64,000 bases of DNA from Octopus vulgaris (taxonomy: Eukaryota): positions 53,940,001-54,004,000 of the forward strand of contig OX597820.1 of the NCBI GenBank assembly GCA_951406725.2, in the 5' to 3' direction. Below the pieces are notes generated by a model. It searched no databases, was not told the DNA's origin, and saw only the letters and a program-made list of their open reading frames with translations. This document shows, piece by piece, positions 16,910 through 31,920 of the stretch (position 1 is the stretch's first letter; each line of letters starts with the position of its first letter). A program made the translations under genes and the position numbers.

Positions 16910-17325
16910 TAGGAGTGGCTGTGTGGTAAGAAGCTTGCTTACCAACCACATGGTTCCGGGTTCAGTCCCACTGCGTCTCACCTTGGGCAAGTGTATTCTG
17001 CTATAGCCACGAGCTGACCAAATCCCTGTGAGTGGATTTGGTAGACGGAAACTGTAGGAAGCCCGTCGTATGTATATGTATATATATATACTTACATACA
17101 TATATAGATAGATAGATAAATAGATAGATATAGTTGTGTGTCAGTGTTTTCCTCCATGGTCGTTTGACAAATGATGTTGGTGTGCTTACGTCCCCGTAAC
17201 TTGGCAGTTCGGTAAAAGAGACCGATAGAATAAGTACTTGGCTTACAAAAAATAAGACTAAAGGCGGTGCTCCAGCATGGCCACAGTCATATGACTGAAA
17301 CAATTAAAAAGGAAAAAAGAATAAA
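16910..17325 (+). mobile_element. tRNA-derived SINE family A copy
   Basis: AGGAGTGGCTGTGTGGTAAG..GGTTCAGTCCC..GGCGGTGCTCCAGCATGGCC..ATGACTGAAAC. Confidence 0.85.
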
Positions 17326-19792
17326 ATTAGTATGTATATGAGAGGTTTTCGGAGTGCTGGAACGGATTGATTGGATTGATTATATTTTAATTAATTTCAA
17401 TGGGAAAAATTGATTTATAAAAGGAGTAGATCGTAAGAAGAGCTCGGTCATGAAACGAATTAAGCTCGTACTGCGAGATATCACTGTATGTGGGTGTGAG
17501 TGTATGTGTGTGTGTGTGTGTGTGCGTGTGTGTGTGTGTGTGAGTGTATGTGTGTGTCTGAGTGTGTATATTCATGTATGTATGTATGAGTATATAAACG
17601 TCTATTCAAATATACGTATAAAACGGATATGTGTAAATATAGGCATATACATATATGTATATGTGTATATGTGCGTGTGTGGGTTTCTAGCTTGTGTGTT
17701 TGTGTGTGGGGTTTTCTTGTGTTTGTGCGTTTGCGTGTGTATATGTAAACGGGTACACACACACGCACACACTCATGTATGTACATATATAATTACGTAA
17801 GTGTGTGTGTGTGTGCGTATATGTGTGTATGTATGTATGCATGTATGTATGTATATTTGAATATAGATATGTTTAAACAGGTGACAGGAATGCAGATGAT
17901 TTCATATATTACTGAATGTCATGAACGTTATGAAGATGGATGAAATTATAGATTGTTGTCATGGCAATGTGTTACGTCAACGACCTGCAAGCGTTGAGTT
18001 TCAAAATTTAGAGATTTACTCAATAAGCTGATCTCTAGATATGATATGTGAAACAAAATATTTACGTATTCGTAACAATGCCGGAAGATGTGATCGAGTT
18101 CGAGGACCTTATGATAGACTCGCAATTACACGGTCTGAGTTTCGATCCCACTGTGCTACAATCTGAACATATATTTTACTGAATCTTCGGATTAACTAAT
18201 CACGAAACTAAGAAAGTTTTTTTTTTTTTTTATAATAGTTGTTTGTAATTGTTTTTGCTTTGTTTTTTCAGATACCAGCGATTATTTCCATAGACCGTCT
18301 CATTAGTATTTTCGTTTCGTATTTTATACAATCACCTGGAGTATATTTTCTTAATTTTATCGTTTGTGTTGTAAGCTACGAAAGCCATACATTCTCTCGA
18401 TTGTCTGTAAGTCACATCGCCATGGTCTCGACAAACAAATTGGTAAAAGGCGTTGCTCCGGAATAGTCCAAGAGAGATGCGCTGGAACAGACACTCTTAT
18501 TCTGGGAATGAAATTTTTTAGAAAGATTAAGTGGGGATCCGTTTCATGAATTCGATTTGTAATTCAAATTTCGCCAGCCTTTTCACTTATTGGATCTCAC
18601 GCTTGTGCCTATATCTATATATCTGTCTATTTCTCTCTCTCTCTCTCCCTCTACATATATATAGAGAGAGAGAAACAGAGAAAGAGAGAGAGAGATAAAT
18701 TCGAGTCTTAAGTATTTTGGAACATGAACAGAACGTGAAATAATTCTTTTTATGGAGATCGAACTCGAAGCAAATAATGCTATAAGTAATAGTAAGTATA
18801 AATCTTTTGGATAGAAAAAGTCGAAGGCTGCCCGTGACACACACACACACACACACATACATTTACCCTCTTTTATTAGTTTTAGCTTAACGTTGGGCAA
18901 CCCCAACGGGTGTTGGGGGTGCCTACACCTTCATGAATCCTACTTTAATAGTTAGCATTTGGTGAATAAGGGAGTTTGATGCTCCCTTATTCCCCTTTCT
19001 TGCTCTCATTCCCCTTTCCTACCTTGAAGTTTGCTTATCTGAGCTCTTGACTCTAAATGCAATTTGAATTTCGAAAATATATATATATAAGTATGTATGT
19101 ATGTATGTATGTATGTATGTATGTATGTATGTATGTATGTATGTATGTATGTATGTATGTATGTATGTATGTTTGTATGTATGCATGTATGTATTATGTA
19201 CGTATGTAAGTATGAATGTTCTGTTCGTGCACAAGACTTGAAAGCTTCCTAGCTTTGTCTTTTGTAACTCTTATGTTGGTTTTCAGAGTGGTCTACCGAA
19301 ATAGCAGCTTAAGGACGTTTATACGTTAAGTGGGATTTGAATTCAGAATGGGCTGAGTCACACAATTTAAGGTGCTACCATTCCACCAATCCAGTTTATA
19401 TAGTTTACTTTATTTACCAATCCCAGATGTGCGCAAAGTATAAATTTCGCTTCAGTATGATTTGAAATCAGAACTCAGAGAGCAGGATCAAATACAGCAT
19501 GAATTCGACGCTCTCATGACTCTGCTATTCCTGTACTTGCGCGCGCACACACACACACATGTGTTTATATACATACACAAATATATATGCATATATATGG
19601 TTTTATTATATATAAATATACATACGTTATATATACTTTGACTACATTATATTATACATGCACATGTATTCATGCATGCATTCATATATGTATGCATAGT
19701 AGACGACACTTGCCGAAGGTGCCACGCAGTGGGACTGAACCCGGAACCATGTAGTACGAAAGCAAGCTACTTACCACACAGTCACTCCTGCG

Positions 19793-19859
<67 letters not shown>

Positions 19860-20005
19860 GTATGTATGTATATATATCAAACTGTGGTTGCAGAACAAGC
19901 AAATACATATATATATACATATATATACATATATATATATACATATATATATATACATATATATATACATATATATACATATATATATACATATATACAT
20001 ACATA

Positions 20006-20043
<38 letters not shown>

Positions 20044-21091
20044 TAGATATATATGGTTTCTGCATTCAGATGCATGTATATGTCTAAATGTCTACGTTTG
20101 CATATATATATATATGCATATATGCGTAGAGAGGTGCAAATGTATAATTCTTTTCTCACATATTTAATTCTTCATTAACGTTACTGTATATATACTGATC
20201 GACGGCCGCTATACATATACCCATATACTTTCACATAAATACACACATGACGTACATATATATATATGCTTATATATGCATGTGCGCCAATGTATAAATA
20301 TACATGTATATATGCATGTGTAAATGTATTTGTGTGTATTTATTGCATACAGCTAGAATTTCTCACTCACACATACATTCGCCTATACTCCCAGTTGTGA
20401 TATTTTCACACGCATGCACATTCATAAATACACGCTCACAGAAGCTCACACATGCAGGGACGCACACTCACAAACACCAGACTCATATACATATATAGAA
20501 TATTCAGACACAAATGCTAATACAAGCGAAATGTCTTTCAGCAGACTGCAAGAAAGTGGTGTGTTAATAGAGCATGGTCATTAAACTGTTATGGACATCT
20601 GAATGTCCATTCTCGGCGGAATCTCCTGTCGTCTTTTAACGGTCAGTTGTCAAGAGCCTCGAATCCTATGGAGACATTTCGGCTCTAAAAATGTCACTAG
20701 AACGCCTGACCTCTCAGACAGGCCACGCTGATTATGGTCCTCACGTTTGTTGGACAAATCACATTGCTTCCTTCCAAGTGCTAACAATGTGTGCAAATGA
20801 ACGCTTTTTTTTTTATACATCTATTTATCTATCTATTTATCTCTCTATCTATCTATGTATTTATCTATATTTTTATATGTATGTACACACACAGTCACAC
20901 AAAGCAGGGTAATATGTATGTTTATTCTGTGCGTATATGTGTGTGTTTATATGCATTTCAAAAATATGCGCCTGCAAATAATTATATAGTATATCTGTAA
21001 TTAAATACGTAAGCTGATGCTCTCAAAGCTGTATGCACGTGTTAGGTGTGTATATATATGTATGTAGTATGTACATGCATATATGCATGTA

Positions 21092-21138
<47 letters not shown>

Positions 21139-21247
21139 GTAAAGGCATATATGCATGTATATGTATATATATGTACATATACATACATATATAGACATAT
21201 ATACAAATATAGACATGCAAACGCATATACTTACATCCCAACAGGAA

Positions 21248-21286
<39 letters not shown>

Positions 21287-21491
21287 ACCTAGATGCGTAT
21301 ATTTGTATATATGTTTATGTATGCATATATATAATGTATATATGTATATGCATACATACACAAATATATACTACATATATGGGTTTATGTATATTAATAT
21401 GTCTCACTCTCTCTCTCTCTTTCTCTATACATACATATATATATATATATACACGTGCAGAAATACGTACATATATACATAGATATATATG

Positions 21492-21554
<63 letters not shown>

Positions 21555-23234
21555 GTATATATGTCTACATGTACATATGTTTGTGTGTAAATGTGCGTTT
21601 GTAATACACACACATGAGCAGCCAATCAAAATGCTACGGTATCCACGCATAAAACATTGATCCTAACTATTATAAAGCATCCATCCGTTTAGCGGAAGAT
21701 AACTGCGTAATAATGTAATAGGGGTAGTGTGAAGGTTACCTCGAATAATAAAGGGTGGAAGGTTAGTTGGGTTAAAACACACACACACACACACGCTCAC
21801 ACACACACAAAGAAAATAGTAATTCAGCCAACACAAACATAAACAAAAATGGACAGTGAATGAATATAAAACATGGCGACATTTGTCCGGTAAATTCTTG
21901 CTCACTGATAATCAAATAATAGCCAGTCGAGAGAAATCCCCCTCCACGACTGCAACTTAGACCTCACGAATAACTAAGATCTCCACCGACACCACAACGG
22001 TTAAGTTACAACACCTCCCATCCTCTTAAGAATGCCCTACTAATATATATATACCATCTAAACAGAAGGTGGCGTCTAAGTGGTCTCTCAGCCGACTAGA
22101 AATAGCATACATTCTCTCTCTAATGGTATCTTAACGTCTTAAAGAATATAAAGAAACGCCTCGATATACGAATTAATGTGTTCCCCGGTGACCATCCGTA
22201 AAGCAAAAACTCGTAAAGCAAAGCAATAATTTCCCACAGTAGCAATGTTATAAATCATAATTCGTCCCCAGAAAAATATTTTACCTATAAAATTTATAAT
22301 AGTCTTAAATAAATTGCAATAAAGCAACAATAGAATGTAAAGAATATTCTATGCAGAGTAAAAGAAATGTCAAGATCATTTATAATAAAAAAGCATTATT
22401 GTAATCGTTTTCTGAATCGCTTTCACACGCACTAGACTCGCGCACACCATCACTTGCAGACGCGATCGCCGATTCACAAGCACTCGTAGACGGACTAGTA
22501 GAAGTCTTTTTTAAAAACAAGTCTAAAGTTGATAGCTTAGAAGAAGCTTTCTTTCGCTCTCCATAAATTTCTAGGTAACACGCAGAAGCATTTGTTATGA
22601 TAGTAGAAACTTTTGCACTTCATTCAAACTTTGGATCTTGATATTTATTAGAAAGTAAAACTCGTAAACCCGGGATCTGGTAAAGTGAGTCCACGCGAAG
22701 TGAAGTATTGCAGTAGTCTATTAAATGAAAGAAAGTACACGTGGCGCTCCCTGGTTATAGTCGTTAATACAAGGGAACTAACTATCTGCTCATAACACGA
22801 GAATAATTATAATCATAGTTCAATTACAAGTATCGTATCATCGATAACAATGACCTTACTACTTCCCATGATACAATAACAAACTCAAATATTACTAACA
22901 CTGCAATATCAATGACGTCATTGCAAAGTACTTCTTGAAAACTAGCCACAATATCTAAAAAACAAAAAAGGACAAGGACTTTTCATGATTGTGATCCCTT
23001 CTTTCTGCAGACGCACAAAGCACCATAGCAAAATCTAAACAAGGAAGCTCCTCAAGGATTGACAATATCACGAACATGCACTGAGAATACATAGGGCCTA
23101 AAGCAATTACTCGCTAATATTTATTCTCTCTGATATCTATTATCTATACAAGGACTGTTAAATTGTTAGAACCTTAGCTTGATAAAAATTAAAATGATTA
23201 AGATTAAATTAAACGATTAAATCAAAACGACTCT

Positions 23235-24720
23235 AAGGCAGAGAGACAGCAGAATTGCTAACGCACCGGGAAAAATGCTTAGCGGCATTTCGTCTGACCT
23301 TACGTTCTGAACTCAAATTCCGCCAAGGTCGACTTTGCCTTTCATCCTATCGGGGTCGAAGTGATCAACTTACCGACTTAGCCCCTCTCACGAAATAATT
23401 GGCCTCGTGCCGAAATTTGAAACTAAAATTAAAACAATTCCAATACCCAACAAAAACCCATCGTTCAGACGGACATCTCGAAAAATTTTAGAAAAGCTTA
23501 ATCCTTGACATCACTAAATCGCATATCCCCGTTTTCAGGTTTAGACCATTACACTCAACGACCACACTACCCACAAATCTAGTACAGAAATATATACGGT
23601 GAAGTTTTGCAAACAACTTACACATACAAGTGCTACCAATCGAAAGCTTCAGATACCGGAAGCTAGCAAATGTATGGGGTAGTCAGGAGAGAATGCGCCC
23701 CGTTTCGGGGCCTACTTCTCGATGGTATCATTGCACACCTGCCCCCTCACTGACATGAGGCCCCACTTGCTAGATCAACTGGTTATCAAATATAGCTCAA
23801 TATAGTTCATCGTCTCTTTTTAACCAAATCCAGAGGCTAACCTTTTCCACTGTGGTCTGGATATCGTTCATGGTGTTATTTGCTTTACGATAGGTTAGGC
23901 CTAACGATAACAACAGTCACCTCACACTGTGTCCAACGAATCCTTTACATCTGACTTTATTACTTTGTAATAAAGACATATATGGCGGCGAGCAAGCAGG
24001 AACGTTAGCAAATTGTACAAAATGTTTAGCAGCATTTCTTCGAGTTCTGTAGGTTCCGAGTTCATATACCGCCGTCGTCAACATTACTTTTCATCACTTC
24101 AGGGTCAATAAAATAAAGTACCTGTCAAGTACTGAGGTCGATGTAGTTTTCAAACCTAAAAATGACCGGCTTCCTGTTCAGGAGGAGTGTCTTGGTCACT
24201 TGTATGTCATGATGTCATGGAAACTGGATAATAACCCCAAAATTTCAGCGAAGCATTTTCAGGCGTTTTAACGGATCTACCACTTCACAGCCTTTTCGAC
24301 CAATGTCGGTGCAATCGCCAAAGTGGGTTATCGAAAGCGTGATTATTACTACAAGAAAATATTGGTTTCAAATTTTGACACATAGCCATAAATTTCGGAG
24401 TAGGGGTAAGTCGATTACATCGACCCCAGTTATCAGCCGGTGCATACTTTATTGACCCCAAAACGATGAAAGGCAAAGTGGGCATCGGCGGAATTTTAAC
24501 ACAGAATGTTAACGCTGTTGAACATTTTACCAGGAGTCCTAACGTATCTACCATCTTGCTGCCTTCAATTGCTACATAAAAATATTGGTTTCAGATTTTG
24601 ACACAAGCCCAGCAATTTCGGGGAGGAGTAAGTCGATTACATCGTGACCCGAGAGGACGTGAAAGTGAAGCAAAGTATTTTGCCTGGAGTGCTAACGGTT
24701 CTGCTCGCACGCCACCTTCA
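23235..24720. mobile_element. Cluster of four degraded Nin-type SINE copies (+ ~23235-23420, + ~23985-24150, - ~24360-24570, - ~24585-24720)
   Basis: Each shows recognisable head or core motifs of the family. Confidence 0.6.
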
Positions 24721-25179
24721 GTTGCTATATGAAAACAATAAAAATTATTTTTTAAAAGACTAAAATATGATTTCAGGGAAATTTGATGACTCTTTTTAAC
24801 AAGATACTTGCTAGATTCTCCGAAGAAATGACGCAGTAAAACATCCGCTAAGAAGATTTGCTGTATGTCTTAGTGGCCGAACTTTCAATCCGCATCAATG
24901 GAGAAAGGGTGGTGACGACGACAACGACGATGAAGATAGTGATTGCTATAGTAACAGGAGAAAATGGTGGTGACGATCATAGCGGTGTTAGTGATGGAGC
25001 CGGCCCTGGTGTTGGTAATGATAATGATAATAATCATCATCATTATCGTCGTCGACGTCTTCATCATCATCACCATCATCATTTCAGAACGCGTAAGAAA
25101 TTTTAGCTGAACTCGATGCCAGATGAAATGATTCTATCAACAAACTCCATAATCTACTTACCAATGTCACTTATGTATC

Positions 25180-25231
<52 letters not shown>

Positions 25232-25232
25232 G

Positions 25233-25302
<70 letters not shown>

Positions 25303-25330
25303 TTTATATGAATATATATGTATGTATATA

Positions 25331-25402
<72 letters not shown>

Positions 25403-25860
25403 TATACATATATATAGAAGGCAAACCTGTTCGTTTTCTGCAATGATTTGATAAGCGGTGCCGATTTTTACCATTCAGTAAATAATGATAATAATATTTA
25501 ATAAGCTTAAGACTGATAAGCGATCACCGTGTATTGACTAAAGAAAATAGTCTAACATATAATCTTATATGCATATCTTTTATCGTTTTTTTTTTTGTTT
25601 GTTTGTTTCGTCATTACACCACGGCCATGCTGGATCACCGCCTTGAAGAATTTTAGTCGAACGATCCGACCGCAGTACTTATTTTTTTAAGCCTCGTTTT
25701 TAGTCTGTGTCCTTTGCCGAACCGCTAGTTTTCGGAGACGCAAACGCGTACACACACACTCTCTCTCTCTCTCTCTTTCTTCCTCTCCCTCTCACACACA
25801 CACGCGCGCGCACACACATACACACATATGTATATATATTATTATATATATATATATATA

Positions 25861-26000
25861 TATTAGAAGAAATGAGGTACTCAGAAATCTGGATGGTTTT
25901 ATATTTATAGATATTTATTAGTATGTTACATGTAACATACTAATAAATATCTGTAAATATAAAACCATCCAGATTTCTGAGTAACTCATTTCTTCTAATA
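25861..26000. repeat. 140-bp near-perfect palindrome with no spacer
   Basis: Arm 25861-25930 is the reverse complement of 25931-26000 with 2 mismatches; centre GTTACA|TGTAAC. Confidence 0.95.
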
Positions 26001-26028
26001 TATAATACCTGTACATCATCTCTAAACC

Positions 26029-26060
<32 letters not shown>

Positions 26061-26659
26061 CACCGGGATTCTTTCAGTTTCCATCTGCCAAACCTATTCA
26101 CATGGCTTTGATCGGCTGAGGCTATAGTAGAGGATACTTGCCTAAATTGCATATATATGAATTCTGTTATCAGAGAGTTTAACAATAATGCGGAAGAATT
26201 TATTTGATATTTTATTACTTTACGCTAACATCTGTTTCAGCTAATATTTATCTATCCCTCCTATGCATCAATCAATAACTATATATGTAGAAAGACTTCA
26301 TTTCGAGCCAAAATGGCCGTTGCTGTCATTTTCACTATCCTCAGACATTGAACTCCAGACCTAGCCCCTCTACATACGAAACTTTTCGTATTCTTCCTCT
26401 CTGGAGAGGTCTATATTGATTTCTCGGATTTCGCTACATACCACACTTCACAATCGAACTAACTCCAAAAACAGAGATCTTGATGCACCCAAAATTAGGG
26501 ATAGGCCAGTCTTGTTTCTTCCAACAGCATGAAAACGCAAAGACTATAATTCTCAAAACAGTATGTTCGCACCACACCATACCTAATCATGAGCAACATC
26601 TGCCAAGAAACCTCACAACCACTCTAAATTTTGTGTCTGTGTATGACCGAGAATATCTC

Positions 26660-27130
26660 CTTGCGAAAGTACAATCTTAACATATCTGGGACTTCATCCC
26701 AGCCACTGCCCTTTATCTTCAGCACTAGAAAATATTTCAAACTTCAACAATTATGGACACGTTATACAGCTGAGGTTAGGTTCTCAATGCAGTATTGCCC
26801 TCAACTTGGACGGTGCTACAAACCATACAAATATTGCTCATACAAACCACCTAGACGACACCCAGAGAAGATCGAACCCACTGCTTGGCACAAGTCACTT
26901 CCAAACACATTCCAGCCTCAGGTCTGCGGGCATATTGTCTCCTTTCTTCACCTTTTCTACCGATACTATAATTAGACCTGTTCCTCGGAATAGGTTACAT
27001 TTATACCACCTACATTTAAGCATTTTTGACCTACTAGGCTCTTTTCCTCTCAGAATTCTTCTTTATTCTCCTTTCCCGGAATTCCCGATCTTTGGAACTC
27101 CCTCTCTCTTCAACCTCAAGCAGTTGACTC
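26660..27130 (+). pseudogene. Degraded L2/CR1-group LINE ORF2 C-terminal fragment
   Basis: RKYFKLQQLWTRYTAEVRFSMQYC..GA..LDDTQRR..SFLHLFYRYY resembles the post-RT LYxAQVRPxMEYC..W.GA / QRRA / SLFYRYY motifs; frameshifted. Confidence 0.6.
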
Positions 27131-27261
27131 GCATATATTCATGATGAACTTTAACAGCACTAATCGCACCAGTCTACACACTGGTATTCGAAGGCTTGAG
27201 AAAGCATTAAGAACCAACTCTTCATGAGCCAATAGGGTGTGTGTGTGAGCATATGTTTGTC

Positions 27262-27345
<84 letters not shown>

Positions 27346-27986
27346 CGTATGTGTGTGTAAGTGTGCATGTGTGTGGTAATATATGTGTGTGTTCGAGTAC
27401 ACTTATATATGTATATAAACAGACATACATATACATGTTTGTATCTATGTTTATACTTATACATATATATATATATACACGCGCGCGCACACAACCTCTA
27501 TAACCTGATTATTAAATCGTAGTAAGACCAGACTTTCGCGACACAAACAAACAAAAATAATTCCGATTACAAGGACTGACACACGGATATGTGCCTGAAA
27601 CAAAAAAGACAAGATGGCCACGGCCGAAATATCTTTGATCAGAGATCTCTACCCGACTAGGGTTGACTTACAACTGACTAAACAAAAACAGTGGCAATAA
27701 TAGGGAAAACAATAACAAGAGCAAAAATAACATCAACAATAAAACAATAAACTATATCAGCACCTACTGAAACTGTAAGATTTGAATCCGTGGACAGCAT
27801 GGGCAATACTGGAGCCGAAATGGAGCTTATAGGGTTGGGAAAGGGTCGCAAAATCTGAGTTTACTGTCTGACTATGATAAGTTATACAAACTGTACAGAA
27901 ACAGCACAAAAGCGCCTGCATCAATAACACAGCAAAATGTATATTTTTTATTGTTTTATTTGTTTTGGCTCTGGTTATTAAGTGAT

Positions 27987-28790
27987 ATTTTCTATTTGCT
28001 TCTATCTAGAAATCAAAGTAAATGACTACTCTTCCCTTCAAACTTTGCTTTTGTGACCTGGACAGCAATGTTTGGAAACTGACCTCTTTTCCATTACATT
28101 TCAGAGAGATTCAGCGTTGAGTTGCTGAAGCAGAAATATCGTTATAGCAAATATTCCGTTCAATATCACAGATTTACTTGTCAGTTGCTTGACCTTAACC
28201 ATCTGAGCATGTCCCTTAGTGGCTGACAGTATATGCTTGTCTGATGATGCGCAAGAATAGTGGGGAAGCATCACAGACATGTGTTGAGGGGGATTCTTAG
28301 GCGCAGGAGTGGCTGTGTGGTAAGTAGCATGTTTACCTAACAACATGGTTCCGGGTTCAGTCCCACTGCGTGGCACATTGGGCAAGTGTCTTCTACTATA
28401 GCCCCGGGCCGACCAAAGCCGTGTGAGTGGATTTGGTAGATGGAAGCTGAAAGAAGCTCGTCGTATAAATGTATATATATGTGTGTGTGTGTTTGTGCGC
28501 TTATGTTTGTCCCCCTAGCATTGCTTGACAACCGATGCTGGTGTGTTTATGGCCCCGTTACCTAGCGGTTCGGCGAAAGAGACCGATAGAATAAGTACTG
28601 GGCTTACAAAAGAATAAGTCCCGGGGTCGAGTTGCTCGATTAAAGGCGGTGCTCCAGCATGGCCGCAGTCAAATGACTGAAACAAGTAAAAGAGTAAAAG
28701 AGTAAAAGAGTTTGAAGAAATGAAACAAAAGCAAAGTTTGAAGCCGTTTTTCATTCAAAAGAATTTCATAGAGGTAAGCAAATAGGAAAT
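27987..28790. mobile_element. MITE-like TIR element with a nested SINE
   Basis: CTATTTGCT...CTTCAAACTTTGCTTTTGT (27992-28054) is inverted as ACAAAAGCAAAGTTTGAAG...AGCAAATAG (28725-28785). Confidence 0.6.
28300..28711 (+). mobile_element. Full-length tRNA-derived SINE family A
   Basis: GGCGCAGGAGTGGCTGTGTGGTAAG head, GGTTCAGTCCC B-box, internal (TA/TG)n, tail (GAGTAAAA)n. Confidence 0.9.
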
Positions 28791-29592
28791 ACCAGTCGCT
28801 ACCTAAGAACAAAATTCGTGTTACCGTTGAGGGAGTCTCTGTTTGGTCGCTGAACCGGCTAGAAATAGCAGACAAGCCGACCTTAAGTCACGCTGTAACG
28901 TTTTACAAAAGAAGATGCTGGATAATGTAGTATTCGATTCCAAGCATTTTGGAAAAAAAAAAGGGGGATGGTCACAAGTGGAGTTTCATCATAGGTTGCT
29001 TCCTCGCTAACAAAAATATCTCCACCACGAGCAACACCTCACCACAACAAGAAAAGCCACTATTACATCAGGAAAAGACAAAGCGTTTACGTTCTGTATT
29101 ATTTTCTGTAAACATATATAATATTGTAGAAACATATCTGTGTATGTGTGCATGCGTACGTGTGTGTGTGTGTATGCGTACGTTTGTGTGTGCATACGTG
29201 TCTATGTGTCTGCGTGCATGTGCGTGTGTGTATGTGAAGCTTACTACATATAAGTTAAACTTTCAGTGTGTTTCTCGTTAATTTATGGTACTTGTATATG
29301 TATACGTCCCTATGTATGTGTTCTCACGTACGTACTGCTTGTATGTACGAGGGTAGGGGGACGCGCGTGTGTGTGTGAGTGAATGAGCATATATGTATGT
29401 TATGCAAGAGTTAGTGACAGTGTCTGAATGACAGTCCGTGAATGAAAAGTGCCCACCAATCGCTGCTCATCTCATCTTCCACATCTGTTTTGCAGTAAAT
29501 ATAATCTATAAGGCGTGAAATTGCTTGTAATTTACCGTCTCTTCTTATGGGGCCTCTTTTGTTTCCAGCTCATTCTCATCTGAAGGGCCTTG

Positions 29593-29635
<43 letters not shown>

Positions 29636-29763
29636 TGATGATGATGATGATGATGATGTATATGGCTGACATTACCTAACGTCGTTTCCGTTATATATTT
29701 CATTGCCGTTAAGACTTCTGTCTGAGTATTTTTCTATCGCACCACCATATTTCATTTCACTTT

Positions 29764-29816
<53 letters not shown>

Positions 29817-29840
29817 GGTGGTGGTGGTGGTGGTGGTTAT

Positions 29841-30450
29841 TGGCGAGCTGGCAGAATCGTTAGTACGCCGTGCGAAATGCGTAGCCGTATTTCGTCCGCC
29901 GTTACGTTCTGATTTCAAATTCCGCCGAGGTCGACTTTGCCTTTCATCCTTTCGGAGTCGATTAAATAAGTACCAGTTACGCACTGGGGTCGATGTAATC
30001 GACTTATTCCGTTTGTCTGTCTTTGTTAGTCCCCTCTGTGTTTAGCCCCTTGTGGGTAGTAAAGAAATAGGTATTTCGTCCGTCTTTAAGTTCTGAGTTC
30101 AAATTCAGCCGAGGTCGACTTTGTCTTTCATCCTTTCGGGGTCAATAAAATAAGTACCAGTTGAGTACTGGGGTCGATGTAATTGACTATCCCCATTCCC
30201 CAAATTTCAGGCCTTGTGTCTATAATAGAAAGGCTTATTATTATAATTATTATTAAGGCAGTGAGCCAACAGAAACGTTAGCACGTCAGGCCAAATGCTT
30301 ATCGGTATTTCGTCCGTTTTTATGTTCTGAGTTCAAATTCTGCCGAGGTCGATTTTACCTTTCATTTTTTAAGGATCGATAAAATAAGAGCCAGTTCACC
30401 ATTGGGCTAATATAATCGAAATTGCTGGCCTTGTGCCAAAATTTGAGATC
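29841..30450 (+). mobile_element. Tandem Nin-type SINE copies
   Basis: GGCGAGCTGGCAGAATCGTTAG head; core repeated three times; tail ..GCCCCTTGTGGGTAGTAAAGAAATAGG. Confidence 0.85.
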
Positions 30451-31199
30451 ATTATCATTATTTATTTATTTATATATTGGCTACATGGGTGGTGGATGAA
30501 GTCAAATTACAAAAACACTGGTGGTTTACATATAATCTTATGTGAGAAAACGAGCGTGAAAACAACAGTAAAACTGTATCATGACTCAACGACATGGGGT
30601 CAAAGAGAGAGCCCCCTCACACACACTTCCAAGGTAACCCTCTGTGCCAAGGAAAATTGTTATCTCGGTGACGTAATCTCCAATCTAAAGGTATTTGCTG
30701 ACAGTAGACCTCCTTTTACTCAGCCCATACTCGACTCTCCCATTTATCTTTCAACAAATTTACTTAAAACTACACTTACATTTTCACCCTTGACTTCCTC
30801 GTCAAGTGCAACTTGAAAAAGTTGAGTATAGTTGGATGAAGAAGTAATCCTTAGCTCTTTCATTCTTATTTCTCTACCCCTGGTGATATCGTTAGCACGC
30901 CGGACAAAATGCTTAGCGTCATTCCGTCCGTCTTTCCGATTTGAGTTCAAATTCTATCTAGCTCTACTTTGCCTTTCATCCTTTCGATGAAATAAGTACC
31001 AGTTGCATACTGGTGTCAATGTATCAGGACACAACGACGTGGGGCCAAAGAGCCCCCTCACACACACTTCCCAGGTAACCCTCTGTGCCAAGGAAAATTG
31101 TTATCTCAGCCATATAATCTCTAGCCCCTCCCCGAAATTTTCAAGTTTTGTGCTTAAAACAGAAAGGATTTATCTAACCCTACCCCTATAATCTCTTAC

Positions 31200-31920
31200 T
31201 TAAATTGTTTGCTTTTCCTAAACAAAAGAAGGCAGCAGTACAATCTTCACATTGGATTTGAGTGATAGCTGGAACCATCATACATGCGACAATAGCTGCT
31301 AACAACAACTCCACAAGTCAGCAACGCCCGAAAACTGAAACTGTATGTGCAGAATGGTTTTTCTCGCTATATACGCATCTCAAACAGAAGATACTCCCAT
31401 GCCTATAAAGTTTATCTCGAATCGACATTTTCCACGGTTGTCTAGAGCCTCGTGGGTGTCCTAAATAGACCTCGATAACATTTTTTATCATGTCAACCAT
31501 TATTCTTCTACAAAATGCAAGGTTTCGTGTACCAACAAATGCATTGCATAACTAGCTGAGAACTGCGACCACCTGATAACATCCCATATACCAGAGTCCC
31601 AAATTTAGCTTCCACTCAGCTCAGGACAGTAGCTTCGTTAAAGAGAGTAACTGTGGCAAAACATGCCTGAAAATGTCCGACCACACCTGCTCACCGTTCA
31701 GAATGTCTTCAGATACTTCTACCTAGGGTAAGGTTACGTATCATCAGTCACAGCAGACCAAACTCTTCGCAAACCTATTGGCAACAGATGGGTCACCTAA
31801 TCAATAGAACACTTCCTTTCTACAAGGAGCGGAAAGCAGACACTCCAGTTTGGTCAAGTGAAAAATGCAGTAAGGTTCGAATGTCAGACGATAGTCAATG
31901 ACAGAGGCGAAGTGTGCATT
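31200..31920 (-). pseudogene. Degraded Tx1/L1-clade LINE ORF2 fragment (post-RT and zinc-finger region)
   Basis: IRDKLYRHGSIFCLRC..E..ILH resembles the L1/Tx1 CCHC-type zf-RVT region; LTKLECLL..IR*PICCQ lies upstream. Confidence 0.55.

Noticed and set aside
28239-28280. CTGATGA motif suggesting a hammerhead
   Set aside because: It forms a simple hairpin with GCATCACAGAC and has no stem II followed by GAAA.
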